Notes: generated by a model not told the origin, from the sequence alone. Counted from the stretch's first letter, positions 1 to 9,851 are shown. The stretch is 64,000 nt of DNA from Candidatus Heimdallarchaeota archaeon (GCA_030603365.1 JAUVXV010000001.1:448001-512000), one strand, 5' to 3'. A program made the numbers and translations.

Positions 1-685
1 CTTCTTTTACTTTTAGTAAAACTGGTAAAAATGCAACTACTTCAATAACTGCGAAAACAATAACAACAACTAGTAAAATGAGACCTAGCTCACTAAAGAT
101 TGCATCTACTGGACCAACTTCTTTGACTTTAGTATCAAGCATTCCTGAAAAAACAAATGCAAAAGCTAATCCACCTATTGTTGCTATCAAATTTGAAGTA
201 TTTTGAATCCCTGACATCCCAACTCTATCACTTTCCGTTGTTACTTCAGGCATCCAGGCTTGGAATGGTGTTGTTAAATATCCATAAAAAAGATTAAACA
301 AAGAATTCCAGATAAGTAGCCAAACAAAAACTAGAATGTCTTTATCTAGTGGTATGAAATAATGAGGGATAAACAACATAACAAATGAAATGGCTAGAGC
401 TGGTGCTCCTGTCTAAATGAAGAATTTCCTTCGTCCCCATTTTGGATTTTTTAGAATATCAGAAATGTAACCAAAAATGAAGCCTGAAAAAGCTATAACT
501 ATTTTACCAACAGCATTTCCTACTGCATTTAATGTTTGATCCAACTCAAAAGCAGTGCTGTAAATATATACAATAGCAAGTGTAACCATCTGCATGAATA
601 TAGCAGTTCCAAACTTTCCAAAACCAAATGCAACTCTTTGTCCTCTACTTAGCTTATGACTTGTACCACTAGAAGTAAATGACAT
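1..685 (-). pseudogene. GPH-family MFS sugar/cation symporter interrupted by an in-frame TAG (413-415); frame stays open to the window edge
   Basis: N-terminus has GYISD...WGRRKFFI. Manual translation past the TAG gives TGAPALAISFVMLFIP...LTTPFQAWMPEVTTESDRVGMSG...KVKE, typical of GPH, with no further stop before base 1. Confidence 0.7.
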
Positions 686-744
686 AAATTTACAGTCAAA
701 ACATCAATTATATAAGAATTACGTGAAAAAGAAGGAAAATGAGA

Positions 745-1746
745 TTACCTCATTTTATCTTTATAGTGATAATTTGGTTTGTATGTTAAAGGCCATTCAG
801 GTTCATTATCTAAGATTTCATTAATCTGGTCTAAAACATCATTAGATAGAACAATATCTGAAGCTTTAACATTCTCGATGACATGTTCTGGTTTAGTAGC
901 ACCTATGATTGCTGATGAAATCTCTGGTCTTCTGAGGATCCACGCTAGAGCTAATTGACCCATTGTAATATCTAAAGATTGAGCAATTTCTCCTAGTTTT
1001 CTGACCTTAGCTAAATTCTCCTCAGTAAGATTTTTCTTCAGAAACTCTGACTTGTCAGCTCTGCTTCCCTCAGGAATTCCATCATTATATTTACCGGTAA
1101 GTAATCCTTGTGCAAGAGGAGACCATACTGTGAAACCCATTCCATGAGTTTTAGCTACAGACATGATTTCCATTTCAATGTGTCTGATGAACATGTTGTA
1201 AAGTGGTTGTTCTACGATTGGTTTGTGTGCCCGAATATCTTTAGCAATAGCATTTGCTCTCTCTAGTTGAGCAGCTGTCCAGACAGAAGTTCCCCAATAT
1301 CTTACTTTGCCATCATGAATTAAATCATCTAGAATTTCAACAGTCTCACGTAAGGGAGTCATGTAATCATATCTATGCATGTAATAAATGTCAATATAGT
1401 CCAGGTTCAAGCGTTCGAGTGTTCCTTCAATTGCATTCAGGATATTTTTTCTACTTAAACCCCATCGGTTTATATCATAATCATTCATTGCCCAAAATAC
1501 TTTGCTTGAAATCACTAGATCTTTTCTATTAAAAGTCTCATCAGCAAAGAATTCTGCAATTACTTTCTCTGCTCCTCCTCTTGCATATATTTCGGCAGAA
1601 TCAATGAAATTTATTCCGTTTTCAATAGCTGTTGTCATACATTTTTTGGCTATTTCATCTTCAACTGATCCACCATACGTCAACCATGTACCCAATGAGA
1701 TTTCACTCACTTTTAGTCCTGATTTACCAACTTTCCTATATTTCAT
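745..1746 (-). CDS. Aldo/keto reductase (Kv-beta-like)
   Basis: GLKVSEISLGTW, FIDSAEIY, YIDIYYMHR, WSPLAQGLLTGKY. Confidence 0.92.
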   Translation of the reverse strand: MKYRKVGKSGLKVSEISLGTWLTYGGSVEDEIAKKCMTTAIENGINFIDSAEIYARGGAEKVIAEFFADETFNRKDLVISSKVFWAMNDYDINRWGLSRKNILNAIEGTLERLNLDYIDIYYMHRYDYMTPLRETVEILDDLIHDGKVRYWGTSVWTAAQLERANAIAKDIRAHKPIVEQPLYNMFIRHIEMEIMSVAKTHGMGFTVWSPLAQGLLTGKYNDGIPEGSRADKSEFLKKNLTEENLAKVRKLGEIAQSLDITMGQLALAWILRRPEISSAIIGATKPEHVIENVKASDIVLSNDVLDQINEILDNEPEWPLTYKPNYHYKDKMR

Positions 1747-1921
1747 GAACTCACTTCATTTAGAGTATTCTAAATAAAAGAAGAAGGTTATGTATTAAAA
1801 ATAAATTGGATTATCAACTTTTGTTGTCAGGAGTTAATGTCTCTGATTAAATTCTCTTAATTCAAAGTCTAAAGCAAAAATTCTTATTCTAATAGTTATA
1901 TCTTCAAACGGTGTCTATTAC

Positions 1922-3094
1922 ATGGTTTCAGAGAATGAAGTCATTTCATATTTTGAAGCTCCTAAAGCTCCTTTGCCTATGAATTTCATTGCAGAGAGTG
2001 TGAGAGGAGTTAATACAATTATTGCTGCAATAAATCCTAGAGCAACAGAAGAAGTTATCAGAGGTATATTACGCGCAACAAAGAAATCTCTTTCAGTTGT
2101 GATTTTTGAATTAGCGTTAAGTGAAATGTCACTTAGTGGCGGGTACACTGGTTATACTCCTCAGAATTTTGCTGCTAGATGTAAATCAGCTGCTGAGAAA
2201 GAAAAGTGGTTCGCATATTCATTACATGCAGATCATCTCACTGTAAAAAAGGGTACAGAAGAAGAAATGTCTAATGTTATGAAAGAAATCGAAGCTAGAG
2301 TTGAGAGTGGATTTACAGGTTATGCTATTGATACTTCTTTTCTATTTGATCGAGAAGCAGATAATGTTGAAGGACAGTTGAAAAATATCCTTTCAAAAGG
2401 TCTCATCTTATTTGATTTCCTGAAAGAAAAAATGGGTCAGAAGGTGTACGGGCTTGAAGGTGAAGTGGGTGAAATAGGAATAACAGAATTCACATCTGTT
2501 GAAGAAGCTACACATTATGTTAAATCGCTAGCAGAAAAGGATGTTTTTATAGATTACTTGGCTATTGCTAACGGTTCCACTCATGGGGTAAGCGTTAATG
2601 CCAAAGGCGAAGTAGTACCTCAACTTGGAATAAATGTTCAAAGAACTGTTGAAATAGTTGATACCTTCAAACAACAAGGTTTCGATACTCGTATCGCTCA
2701 ACATGGAATTACTGGAACTCCCGTTGATGTTATAGCTTCAACTTTTCCCCATGGAAGTATCACTAAGGGTAACATCGGAACTTTCTGGCAAAGATTAGTA
2801 TACAAAATTCTTGAAGAATATGAATCTGCTCTATATGCAAAAATGAGAAAGTGGGTTCTAGATAAATATGGGAAACCAGATGTTGAAGAAGCTACAACTT
2901 TTGCAAAGAATTCCAAGTATGCATGGAAGGAGTTCTTTGATGAAGTAGATGCAATAAGTAATGAAACGAAACAAGTAATAATAGAAAAAGCTGAGAAAGA
3001 CATGAAAGATTTTATTGTGGCATTGAAAATGGATAATACTGCTGTTTCATGCTTTAAATATATGTCTGAAAACAATTTAGTGAATAAATATTAG
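1922..3094 (+). CDS. fba: Class II fructose-bisphosphate aldolase
   Basis: LHADH, EGEVGEIG, LAIANGSTHG, AQHGITG, KGNIGT. Confidence 0.88.
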   Translation: MVSENEVISYFEAPKAPLPMNFIAESVRGVNTIIAAINPRATEEVIRGILRATKKSLSVVIFELALSEMSLSGGYTGYTPQNFAARCKSAAEKEKWFAYSLHADHLTVKKGTEEEMSNVMKEIEARVESGFTGYAIDTSFLFDREADNVEGQLKNILSKGLILFDFLKEKMGQKVYGLEGEVGEIGITEFTSVEEATHYVKSLAEKDVFIDYLAIANGSTHGVSVNAKGEVVPQLGINVQRTVEIVDTFKQQGFDTRIAQHGITGTPVDVIASTFPHGSITKGNIGTFWQRLVYKILEEYESALYAKMRKWVLDKYGKPDVEEATTFAKNSKYAWKEFFDEVDAISNETKQVIIEKAEKDMKDFIVALKMDNTAVSCFKYMSENNLVNKY

Positions 3095-3105
3095 GAATTG
3101 AGAAA

Positions 3106-4023
3106 ATGTCTATTAAAAAATATCATACGTTGGAATCTTATCTTGATGAAATACAACCTGAATCTCTTAGAGAAATAATCAGAGAACTTATCAATATTAG
3201 CTTGGATGTTCCCAAACAGATTCTTACTTTCTTACTAGGCGAAAATGATTATTCAGGGACTCTCAATCTCTCTGGTGATGAGCAACTGAGTCTTGATGTT
3301 GCTACACAAGAATTATTTCTGCAAAGGATGCCCAATAATCTTTATCATTTGTTATTGGGAGAAGAAACTGATGAAGACAACATAATGACCGGAACTGGAG
3401 AGTTCATTATCTTGGGAGATTTCATTGATGGTTCTTCTATTGTACGAAGTAGAAGTCCTGGAGCGATAGTTAATATAATTGACCAAAAGGGATATACTGT
3501 CGCAGCTTTAACAGTTAGTTATACACTTTACTTGCGTTTTGATTTAGCAACTGAATTAGGTTTCTTACAATTTGTTTATGATGGAACTTCTTTTCGAGTT
3601 GTAAAAGATAATTTAGATATTAGTCCAAGCAAAAATCCTGTATTTGGATTAGGTGGAAAGTACAATGATCATTCAGCAAAACAGAAGCTTTTCGTAGATG
3701 CTTTAGATATTAAGGGAAAAAACAGATATGGAGGTTGTATGGTGCAAGATATGAACAATGTATTTGAAAAAACTGGTGTGTTTGGATATTTTGCTCCTAA
3801 GCTACGTTTTTGCTATGAAATAATTCCATATCTTTACATTCTATCAAAAGTGAATGGGATTGGTTTCTACATAACTGCTGATGGACACGAAATCAGATAT
3901 AAAAACTTCAAACCACTTGATGTTAACAAACTGACCTCTCTTCATTACCTTCATCAAAGAACAGGTTTCGTTGGTGGTTCTAAAGACTTAATTGAGCTTT
4001 GGTTCAAAATAGAAGAGTTATAA
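3106..4023 (+). CDS. fbp: Divergent class I fructose-1,6-bisphosphatase / SBPase-like
   Basis: GDEQLSLDV, EE, DFIDGSS, RYGGCMVQD, KLRFCYE, LHQRT. Confidence 0.8.
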   Translation: MSIKKYHTLESYLDEIQPESLREIIRELINISLDVPKQILTFLLGENDYSGTLNLSGDEQLSLDVATQELFLQRMPNNLYHLLLGEETDEDNIMTGTGEFIILGDFIDGSSIVRSRSPGAIVNIIDQKGYTVAALTVSYTLYLRFDLATELGFLQFVYDGTSFRVVKDNLDISPSKNPVFGLGGKYNDHSAKQKLFVDALDIKGKNRYGGCMVQDMNNVFEKTGVFGYFAPKLRFCYEIIPYLYILSKVNGIGFYITADGHEIRYKNFKPLDVNKLTSLHYLHQRTGFVGGSKDLIELWFKIEEL

Positions 4024-4133
4024 TCTCTTTTACACTTCTTTTTTTCATTCTTTACGTCTTTAAAGGTAAAACTTTAAATTAACTATTCATAATATGTATT
4101 AACGACCCGTATTATTTACTTAGGTGATTATAT

Positions 4134-5231
4134 TTGGTGAAAACTACTGTAAGTTTGATTAAAGCAGATATTGGTTCAAGTCCTGGACATGTAACAGTTT
4201 ATGAACCTTTAATGGAACGAGCCGAAGAACTCTTGGATAAAGCCAAGGATGAAAACATAATAATTGATTTTGTTGTGTTTAATGCTGGAGACGATACTGA
4301 GCTCCTTATGACACATGAGAGGGGTGTAGATAGTGAAGAAATCCATAAACTAGCTTGGGATACTTTTATGGATTTAACAAATGAAGCAAAAGCTATTGGG
4401 CTTTATGGAACTGGTCAAGATCTACTGAAAGACACTTTTGCAGGAAACATTAAAGGAATGGGTCCTGGAATCGCTGAAATAGAACTTGAAGAAAGACCTG
4501 CTGAACCTATTATTGTTTTTGCGATGGATAAAACTGAACCAGGAGCATTCAATTATCCTATTTTTCAGATGTTTGCAAATCCATTTAACACTGCAGGATT
4601 AGTAATTGATCCCAAACTACATTCTGGGTTCCAATTTTCAGTCATGGACATCTATAAGGCTAAATTCTTAGAACTGTCTTGTCCAGAAGATATGTATGAT
4701 TTATTAGCACTCATTGGAGCTCCAGGGAAGTATGTTATCAAATATGTCAATAGTAAAGATCCAGCTTTAGGTAGGGCTGCTGCAATTTCTACAGATAAAT
4801 TATCTCTTGTAGCTGGAAAATATGTGGGTAAAGATGATCCTGTAGCGGTTATAAGAAGTCAGAGTGGCTTCCCCGCAGTAGGAGAACTTGTTGAAGCATT
4901 TACACTTGGTCATTTGGTATCAGGTTGGATGAGAGGTTCCCATAGAGGACCGCTTATGCCGGTTCCATTAGAATATAGTCAATGTGTAAGATTTGATGGT
5001 CCTCCACGAGTGGTTGGATTAGGATTCCAGCTCAAAAATGGGCTATTGAGAGGGGGAGTAGATCTATTTGATGATCCTTCTTTTGATAGAACGAGGGAAC
5101 GCGTAAATGAAATTGCTGATTATATCCGTAGTCATGGACCATTTGAACCAAGTAGATTGCCACTTAGTGAGATGGAATATACAACTCTACCTGGTATATT
5201 AAAAAAATTTGAAGATAAATTCCATGATTAA
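4134..5231 (+). CDS. Bifunctional FBP aldolase/phosphatase (class V)
   Basis: IKADIG, YGTGQDLL, DKTEPGAFN, YVGKDDP, GWMRGSH-GPLMPV. Confidence 0.95.
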   Translation: MVKTTVSLIKADIGSSPGHVTVYEPLMERAEELLDKAKDENIIIDFVVFNAGDDTELLMTHERGVDSEEIHKLAWDTFMDLTNEAKAIGLYGTGQDLLKDTFAGNIKGMGPGIAEIELEERPAEPIIVFAMDKTEPGAFNYPIFQMFANPFNTAGLVIDPKLHSGFQFSVMDIYKAKFLELSCPEDMYDLLALIGAPGKYVIKYVNSKDPALGRAAAISTDKLSLVAGKYVGKDDPVAVIRSQSGFPAVGELVEAFTLGHLVSGWMRGSHRGPLMPVPLEYSQCVRFDGPPRVVGLGFQLKNGLLRGGVDLFDDPSFDRTRERVNEIADYIRSHGPFEPSRLPLSEMEYTTLPGILKKFEDKFHD

Positions 5232-5242
5232 ACATAAATTTA

Positions 5243-5680
5243 CTAATCTTTTATTTTCTTTTTTTCTTCTTCTGTTTTTCTAAATCTAATCTCTTTTTCA
5301 CTTAGAAGCATATATATGAAATATCTAATTGGATCATGTAGTGGCTGATATATACTTGGATTAAAATCTTGATAATGCATACAAAGATTATCTATTACAA
5401 ATTCATCTTTTTCAAGGTCATAAATTAGAGGATAATATCTGCATCCTTCTGGTCTATTTTCATAGATTATGCATAATCCGTTCTTGAGGAAGAAACATTT
5501 GCTATCTATATTTCTTAAAACCATAAATCCATCCTGTTCTTCTAGAAACTCATCAATTTTAAAACCTAATTTAGAGATTCTTGTAATGTCTTTTTCAGAT
5601 AGAGGCATTTCTGTCTCTAAACAGCACTCATAGCAATTTTCTGAGTGAGGACAATAGAATTCTGGATTGGTTGTGGTCAT
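5243..5680 (-). CDS. YkgJ-family cysteine-cluster protein
   Basis: CxxxxCxxCC, CFFL, CIIYENRPEGCRYYP; ATG at 5680 preferred. Confidence 0.85.
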   Translation of the reverse strand: MTTTNPEFYCPHSENCYECCLETEMPLSEKDITRISKLGFKIDEFLEEQDGFMVLRNIDSKCFFLKNGLCIIYENRPEGCRYYPLIYDLEKDEFVIDNLCMHYQDFNPSIYQPLHDPIRYFIYMLLSEKEIRFRKTEEEKKKIKD

Positions 5681-5684
5681 CTTT

Positions 5685-7070
5685 TTACCTACGGGATTGA
5701 TTCTCAATTATCACTTCTTCTAGTTTATCACCAAATTCCAAAGCTAATTTCTCTATTTTTTCCTCACTTATAGCTTCGATTGTCATTCTAATTATAGGGG
5801 AGGTATTTGATGGTCTAATTAACACCCATCCATCTTCTAAATTGATTCTTACGCCATCTAAGGTGTTGATATTATCATAATCGACCTTCAATTTATCTTT
5901 TAAGGCTTCAACAACTGTAAATTTGATATGGTCGTCACATGCAATTTCCTTTTTAGTCAAGGGATAGGTTGGAATTTTATCTACTAAAGTTGACATTCTC
6001 TGGTTTTCTCTATTAAGTATTTCTGCAATTTTCAATGGTGTAACTATCGCATCATCAAATAGAAAGTATTCTGGTATTATTATATGCCCGCTTGATTCAA
6101 TTCCTAGGGGAGATTTCTCTTGTTTTGCTTCAATTGTTAAAAATGTGTGCCCAACTGGTATCTGTTTTACAACGAATCCTAGGGGTTCAAGCTGCTCTGC
6201 TACAGCTTTCGAGCATTCAACATTAGCTATTATAGTTCCTTTGGTTTCTGCTAAACCATATTTTCCTATGATAATTCCAGTTTGATCAGCAGACAAAATT
6301 CTTCCTGTATTGTCGACAATCACTGCTCTGTCTCCATCTCCATCGAAAGCTACCCCAAAATCACAATTATTCTCCTTTATGCTTTCAACTAATTTTTCAA
6401 GATTTTTTGGTTTAGGATCAGATGGTCTTCCAGAAAAGGACGGATCTGTTTCACAAAATACTGGAACTACTTCTAGTCCCAGTGAGCTGAATAAAGCTGG
6501 AGCTGATAATGTTGTACTTCCCCCTCCACAATCTAATGCAACTTTCAATTTCCTAGTAAAATTAAACTTCTCTTTGAAAAAATTTTCATAATCTGATGTG
6601 ATATCACGATTCTCTATGTTACCAAGCTTATCCCACGAAACCAAATTATAATCTTCATTTGTAGCAATATCTCGAATCTTCTTTATCTCTTCCTCAGAAA
6701 AACCTACTCCATCTGCATGATAAAATTTGATGCCATTCCATTCAGGAGGAAGATGGCTTGCTGTAATGAACGCTGTAGCAACTTTTTCTAATTTCCATCC
6801 AGCATAAAGTGTTTGACCAAAAGCAGTCGTACCTACATAGGTAATGTTGACTCCTGTAGATAAAACCCCTGCTATAAACGAGTAAGCTAAAGGAAAACTG
6901 GATTGTCTGATTTCATTTCCTACAGCTACTTCTTTTCCATTTAGTTCATCTTGAATATAAGTCCCAAAAGCTAGTCCTATATTGTACATTATTGGAGAAG
7001 TTAAATCTTCATTATATAGCCCTCTGATATCGTAAGCTCTAAAGATGTGTGTGGGGATCTTATCATTCAT
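5685..7070 (-). CDS. Phosphomannomutase/phosphoglucomutase
   Basis: FRAYDIRG, TASH, FDGDGDR, ESSGH, RPSNTSP. Confidence 0.93.
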   Translation of the reverse strand: MNDKIPTHIFRAYDIRGLYNEDLTSPIMYNIGLAFGTYIQDELNGKEVAVGNEIRQSSFPLAYSFIAGVLSTGVNITYVGTTAFGQTLYAGWKLEKVATAFITASHLPPEWNGIKFYHADGVGFSEEEIKKIRDIATNEDYNLVSWDKLGNIENRDITSDYENFFKEKFNFTRKLKVALDCGGGSTTLSAPALFSSLGLEVVPVFCETDPSFSGRPSDPKPKNLEKLVESIKENNCDFGVAFDGDGDRAVIVDNTGRILSADQTGIIIGKYGLAETKGTIIANVECSKAVAEQLEPLGFVVKQIPVGHTFLTIEAKQEKSPLGIESSGHIIIPEYFLFDDAIVTPLKIAEILNRENQRMSTLVDKIPTYPLTKKEIACDDHIKFTVVEALKDKLKVDYDNINTLDGVRINLEDGWVLIRPSNTSPIIRMTIEAISEEKIEKLALEFGDKLEEVIIENQSRR

Positions 7071-7164
7071 TGCTTTAGGGGAAAATTCTCGGTATAAAAA
7101 TCTACTTGCATTTTATTTTTCTATGGATAAATCTTTTATTATAGCTCAATTCTTCTTAAGAATT

Positions 7165-7902
7165 ATGCATATCTCTGTTGTTTATATTCTTGTTTTTCTA
7201 ATTTCTTATGTTGTAGGCTCTATTCCTTTTAGTTGGATCATAACTAAGCTTGTGACAGGTAAAAATCTAAGAGAGGTTGGTTCTGGAAACGTAGGTGGGC
7301 GTAATGTTTACAGAGCTACCGGTTCAGCTAAATGGGCTTGGACAGCAGGATTACTAGATGTTTTAAGAACAATAGTTGCAACAGTTTCACCTTATTTTCT
7401 TGCATATGATCTGTATTTTTCAAAAATCACTCTTACAACAGTCGCTGGACCATTTTTCTTAGATACTCAATGGAGTTTCTGTTTAGCAATTGCAGGCTTT
7501 GGAGCAATTCTGGGTCATAATTGGCCACTTTATCTTCTCTCCCATGGAGGTAGAGGGATCACTGTGGTGATAGGTACTATGGTATTCGCTAACCCTATTC
7601 TTCTAGGTTTCTGGATTCTTTTATGGCCTATTGTTATTACAATTGTAGGATACTCCTCAATAACTTATGTTGTGGTTACAGCATTAGTTGGGGTGATAGG
7701 ATTCTTCCTCCAACCACCATTACTCATGCCTTGGGCACTGAGTAATTTGAGCATAGGCTTATTATTAATTGGAATTGCTTTGATAATGCTTAGTAGGCAG
7801 GGTGACAATATCAGAAAGATTCGCGCTGGAGAGGCAAAAAAAATGAATATATGGAAAGCTCTTGGTGGCAAAAAGAAACTTTCTGAAGAAATATTAAAAT
7901 GA
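7165..7902 (+). CDS. plsY: Glycerol-3-phosphate acyltransferase PlsY-like
   Basis: YVVGSIPF, GSGNVGGRNVYR, GHNWP, GGRG; multi-TM; ATG at 7165 preferred. Confidence 0.85.
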   Translation: MHISVVYILVFLISYVVGSIPFSWIITKLVTGKNLREVGSGNVGGRNVYRATGSAKWAWTAGLLDVLRTIVATVSPYFLAYDLYFSKITLTTVAGPFFLDTQWSFCLAIAGFGAILGHNWPLYLLSHGGRGITVVIGTMVFANPILLGFWILLWPIVITIVGYSSITYVVVTALVGVIGFFLQPPLLMPWALSNLSIGLLLIGIALIMLSRQGDNIRKIRAGEAKKMNIWKALGGKKKLSEEILK

Positions 7903-7907
7903 AAAAG

Positions 7908-7930
7908 CAGGAGTAAAAAACTTACTCCTG
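7908..7930. terminator. Hairpin between convergent plsY and arsM
   Basis: CAGGAGTAA-5nt-TTACTCCTG perfect 9-bp stem flanked by A and T runs. Confidence 0.6.
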
Positions 7931-7939
7931 TGATTTTTG

Positions 7940-8782
7940 TTAATTTTTGTTAGCTATGACAGTAATGCTTTGAATTGATTTTCCTAGGTTTAAAATATCC
8001 TCTTTGTCTTCATTGATATCTTCTATATCTATCGTGACACCATCAATAACTAACTTAACCTCTGGTTCTCCATCTTCTTTCTCTCTTTCTACTTCTTGTG
8101 TGATGTTATCGCTTTTTTGCTTGACTTGGATATCTTCAAAACCCGCATTTTCAATCATTTCTAAATATTTGTTCTTTAATTCTGCTCCTGAAACACAAGC
8201 AGCAAGAAGCTTTTTATTATTTCGAATTGCTTCAGAAAGAGGTTTAAGCAGAACAATATCAGATATTATCATTCTTCCTCCTTGTTTAAGAACGCGAAAT
8301 GCTTCATTAAAAACTCGTTGTTTCTCAGGAGAGAGATTAATAACACAATTAGAAATAATTACATCTATTGAATTATCAGCAGCAGGTAAATTTTCAATTT
8401 CTCCAAGTCTGAATTCAACATTTGTAAAGCTATTTTTTTCTGCATTGTCTCGAGCTAAATCAATCATATCTGGAGTCATATCAACTCCTATTACTTTTCC
8501 TGTATCCCCTACTTTTTGGGATGCAAGGAAGCAGTCAAGACCTCCACCAGAGCCAAGATCAAGAACAACTTCACCTTCTTTGAGTGAAGCAATAGCTGTG
8601 GGATTTCCACAACCTAACCCCATATTAGCTTCGTCTGGGATAGATGATAGTTCGTCTAGAGAATACCCTAGAGCTTTGCTAACATCTACTGATTTTGACT
8701 CTTCTCCACAACAGGAAGAGCTTCTTTTAGCTACTTTTGTATAACTGTCTCTTACACTTTTTTTTACTTCTTTTGATTCCAT
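7940..8782 (-). CDS. arsM: Arsenite methyltransferase
   Basis: SSCC, LGCGNP, LDLGSGGG, SNCVINL, ACVSGA. Confidence 0.9.
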   Translation of the reverse strand: MESKEVKKSVRDSYTKVAKRSSSCCGEESKSVDVSKALGYSLDELSSIPDEANMGLGCGNPTAIASLKEGEVVLDLGSGGGLDCFLASQKVGDTGKVIGVDMTPDMIDLARDNAEKNSFTNVEFRLGEIENLPAADNSIDVIISNCVINLSPEKQRVFNEAFRVLKQGGRMIISDIVLLKPLSEAIRNNKKLLAACVSGAELKNKYLEMIENAGFEDIQVKQKSDNITQEVEREKEDGEPEVKLVIDGVTIDIEDINEDKEDILNLGKSIQSITVIANKN

Positions 8783-8811
8783 TTTAATCGTCCTTTTTTT
8801 CTTGTTTTATA

Positions 8812-8913
8812 TTAACAGCATGGCTGTTCTTCTTTCTCTTGTTCAGAGGATTTCTCATTGTTTTCCTCACAACATTTTTCGTTGGATTTTTCTTCATATC
8901 TTTCTTCGTTCAT
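8812..8913 (-). CDS. 33-aa acidic Cys-Cys microprotein (not in ORF track)
   Basis: MNEERYEEKSNEKCCEENNEKSSEQEKEEQPCC*, with a GGAGGT Shine-Dalgarno at 8926-8921. Confidence 0.65.
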   Translation of the reverse strand: MNEERYEEKSNEKCCEENNEKSSEQEKEEQPCC

Positions 8914-8938
8914 TCTCAATACCTCCTTTTGGTGAGCA

Positions 8939-9229
8939 TTAATCTTCTACTAACCCCTCCATAATAGGTCTAAGGGCTATTTTGACCATACCATCTACTC
9001 TATCAGCTTTCATGAGTGAAATACTTGATAATACTCCTTTTTCTCGCATGCTGATTACGATTAATCTGTCTCCTTCACTAATTTTCATCTTGTCTCGCAA
9101 ACCTTTAGGTAGAACTATTTGCCCTCTACTATCCACATGAACAACTCCTTCAATGTGACAGCATCCTAATTCTTCTGTACTCGCAGAGCAACAAGGTTCT
9201 GTTTTCTTTTTTGCATTCATTGTTTTCAT
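8939..9229 (-). CDS. AbrB/SpoVT-fold regulator with CC motifs (HgcC-like family)
   Basis: VDSRGQIVLPKGLR swapped-hairpin motif preceded by two CC pairs. Confidence 0.8.
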   Translation of the reverse strand: MKTMNAKKKTEPCCSASTEELGCCHIEGVVHVDSRGQIVLPKGLRDKMKISEGDRLIVISMREKGVLSSISLMKADRVDGMVKIALRPIMEGLVED

Positions 9230-9240
9230 ATTGCAACTAT

Positions 9241-9294
9241 TTCGGATATTTATAAATATTCTGATTATTCAGAAATTTCAGAATAATCTGATTT
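9241..9294. promoter_or_regulatory. Operator-like array of 9-bp period (TTCnGAw) forming an imperfect palindrome
   Basis: Units start at 9241, 9259, 9268, 9277 and 9286; 9260-9291 is palindromic with two mismatched pairs. Confidence 0.55.
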
Positions 9295-9345
9295 ATTTTT
9301 ATTACAGTATAAATGCTTTTATTTCTTTTCAAATAACTGATTTTA

Positions 9346-9843
9346 ATGAGAGCAGCAATAATCGTTACAGGAACTCCTGGAACAGGCAAAACAACCCTTA
9401 CTCAATTACTCAGAAAAGAAGGATATACTGTTTTAGATGTAGGTAAAGAAGTTAAAGAGAAGGAACTTTACGAATTTTACGATGATGAAAGCAAAAGTTA
9501 TGTTGTAGATGATGATAAACTGAACGATTATCTGATCCAAATATTAGAGGAGCACACTTCTGACCTACCATTAATTCTAGACGGTCATGTAGTGCAACTC
9601 CCTCCCCTTTTTGTATCAAACTGCCTTGTTCTCAGGTGTTCGATTCTTAATTTACGACAGAGACTGGTGGAACGAGATTATGCCGAATCGAAAGTTGATG
9701 AGAACATCGAAGCAGAGATTATGGAGGTTATTTTGTCTGATATGCTTCACCTTTACGGTGAAGATAAAGTTACAGTAGTTTCAACTGATGGTACAGTTGA
9801 GGAATCTTTCGTGAGAGTTATGTCTGCATTGAATACACTGTAA
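9346..9843 (+). CDS. Adenylate kinase, AK6/Fap7 type
   Basis: GTPGTGKTT, ILDGH, ENIEAEI. Confidence 0.88.
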   Translation: MRAAIIVTGTPGTGKTTLTQLLRKEGYTVLDVGKEVKEKELYEFYDDESKSYVVDDDKLNDYLIQILEEHTSDLPLILDGHVVQLPPLFVSNCLVLRCSILNLRQRLVERDYAESKVDENIEAEIMEVILSDMLHLYGEDKVTVVSTDGTVEESFVRVMSALNTL

Positions 9844-9851
9844 AGGAAATA

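Noticed and set aside
413-415. Genome-wide TAG recoding (pyrrolysine)
   Set aside because: TAG ends full-length genes here (e.g. 3092-3094), and no pyl genes are in the window
8004-8744. 246-aa plus-strand ORF and the many other short antisense ORFs
   Set aside because: Shadows of well-supported genes on the opposite strand, with no motifs of their own
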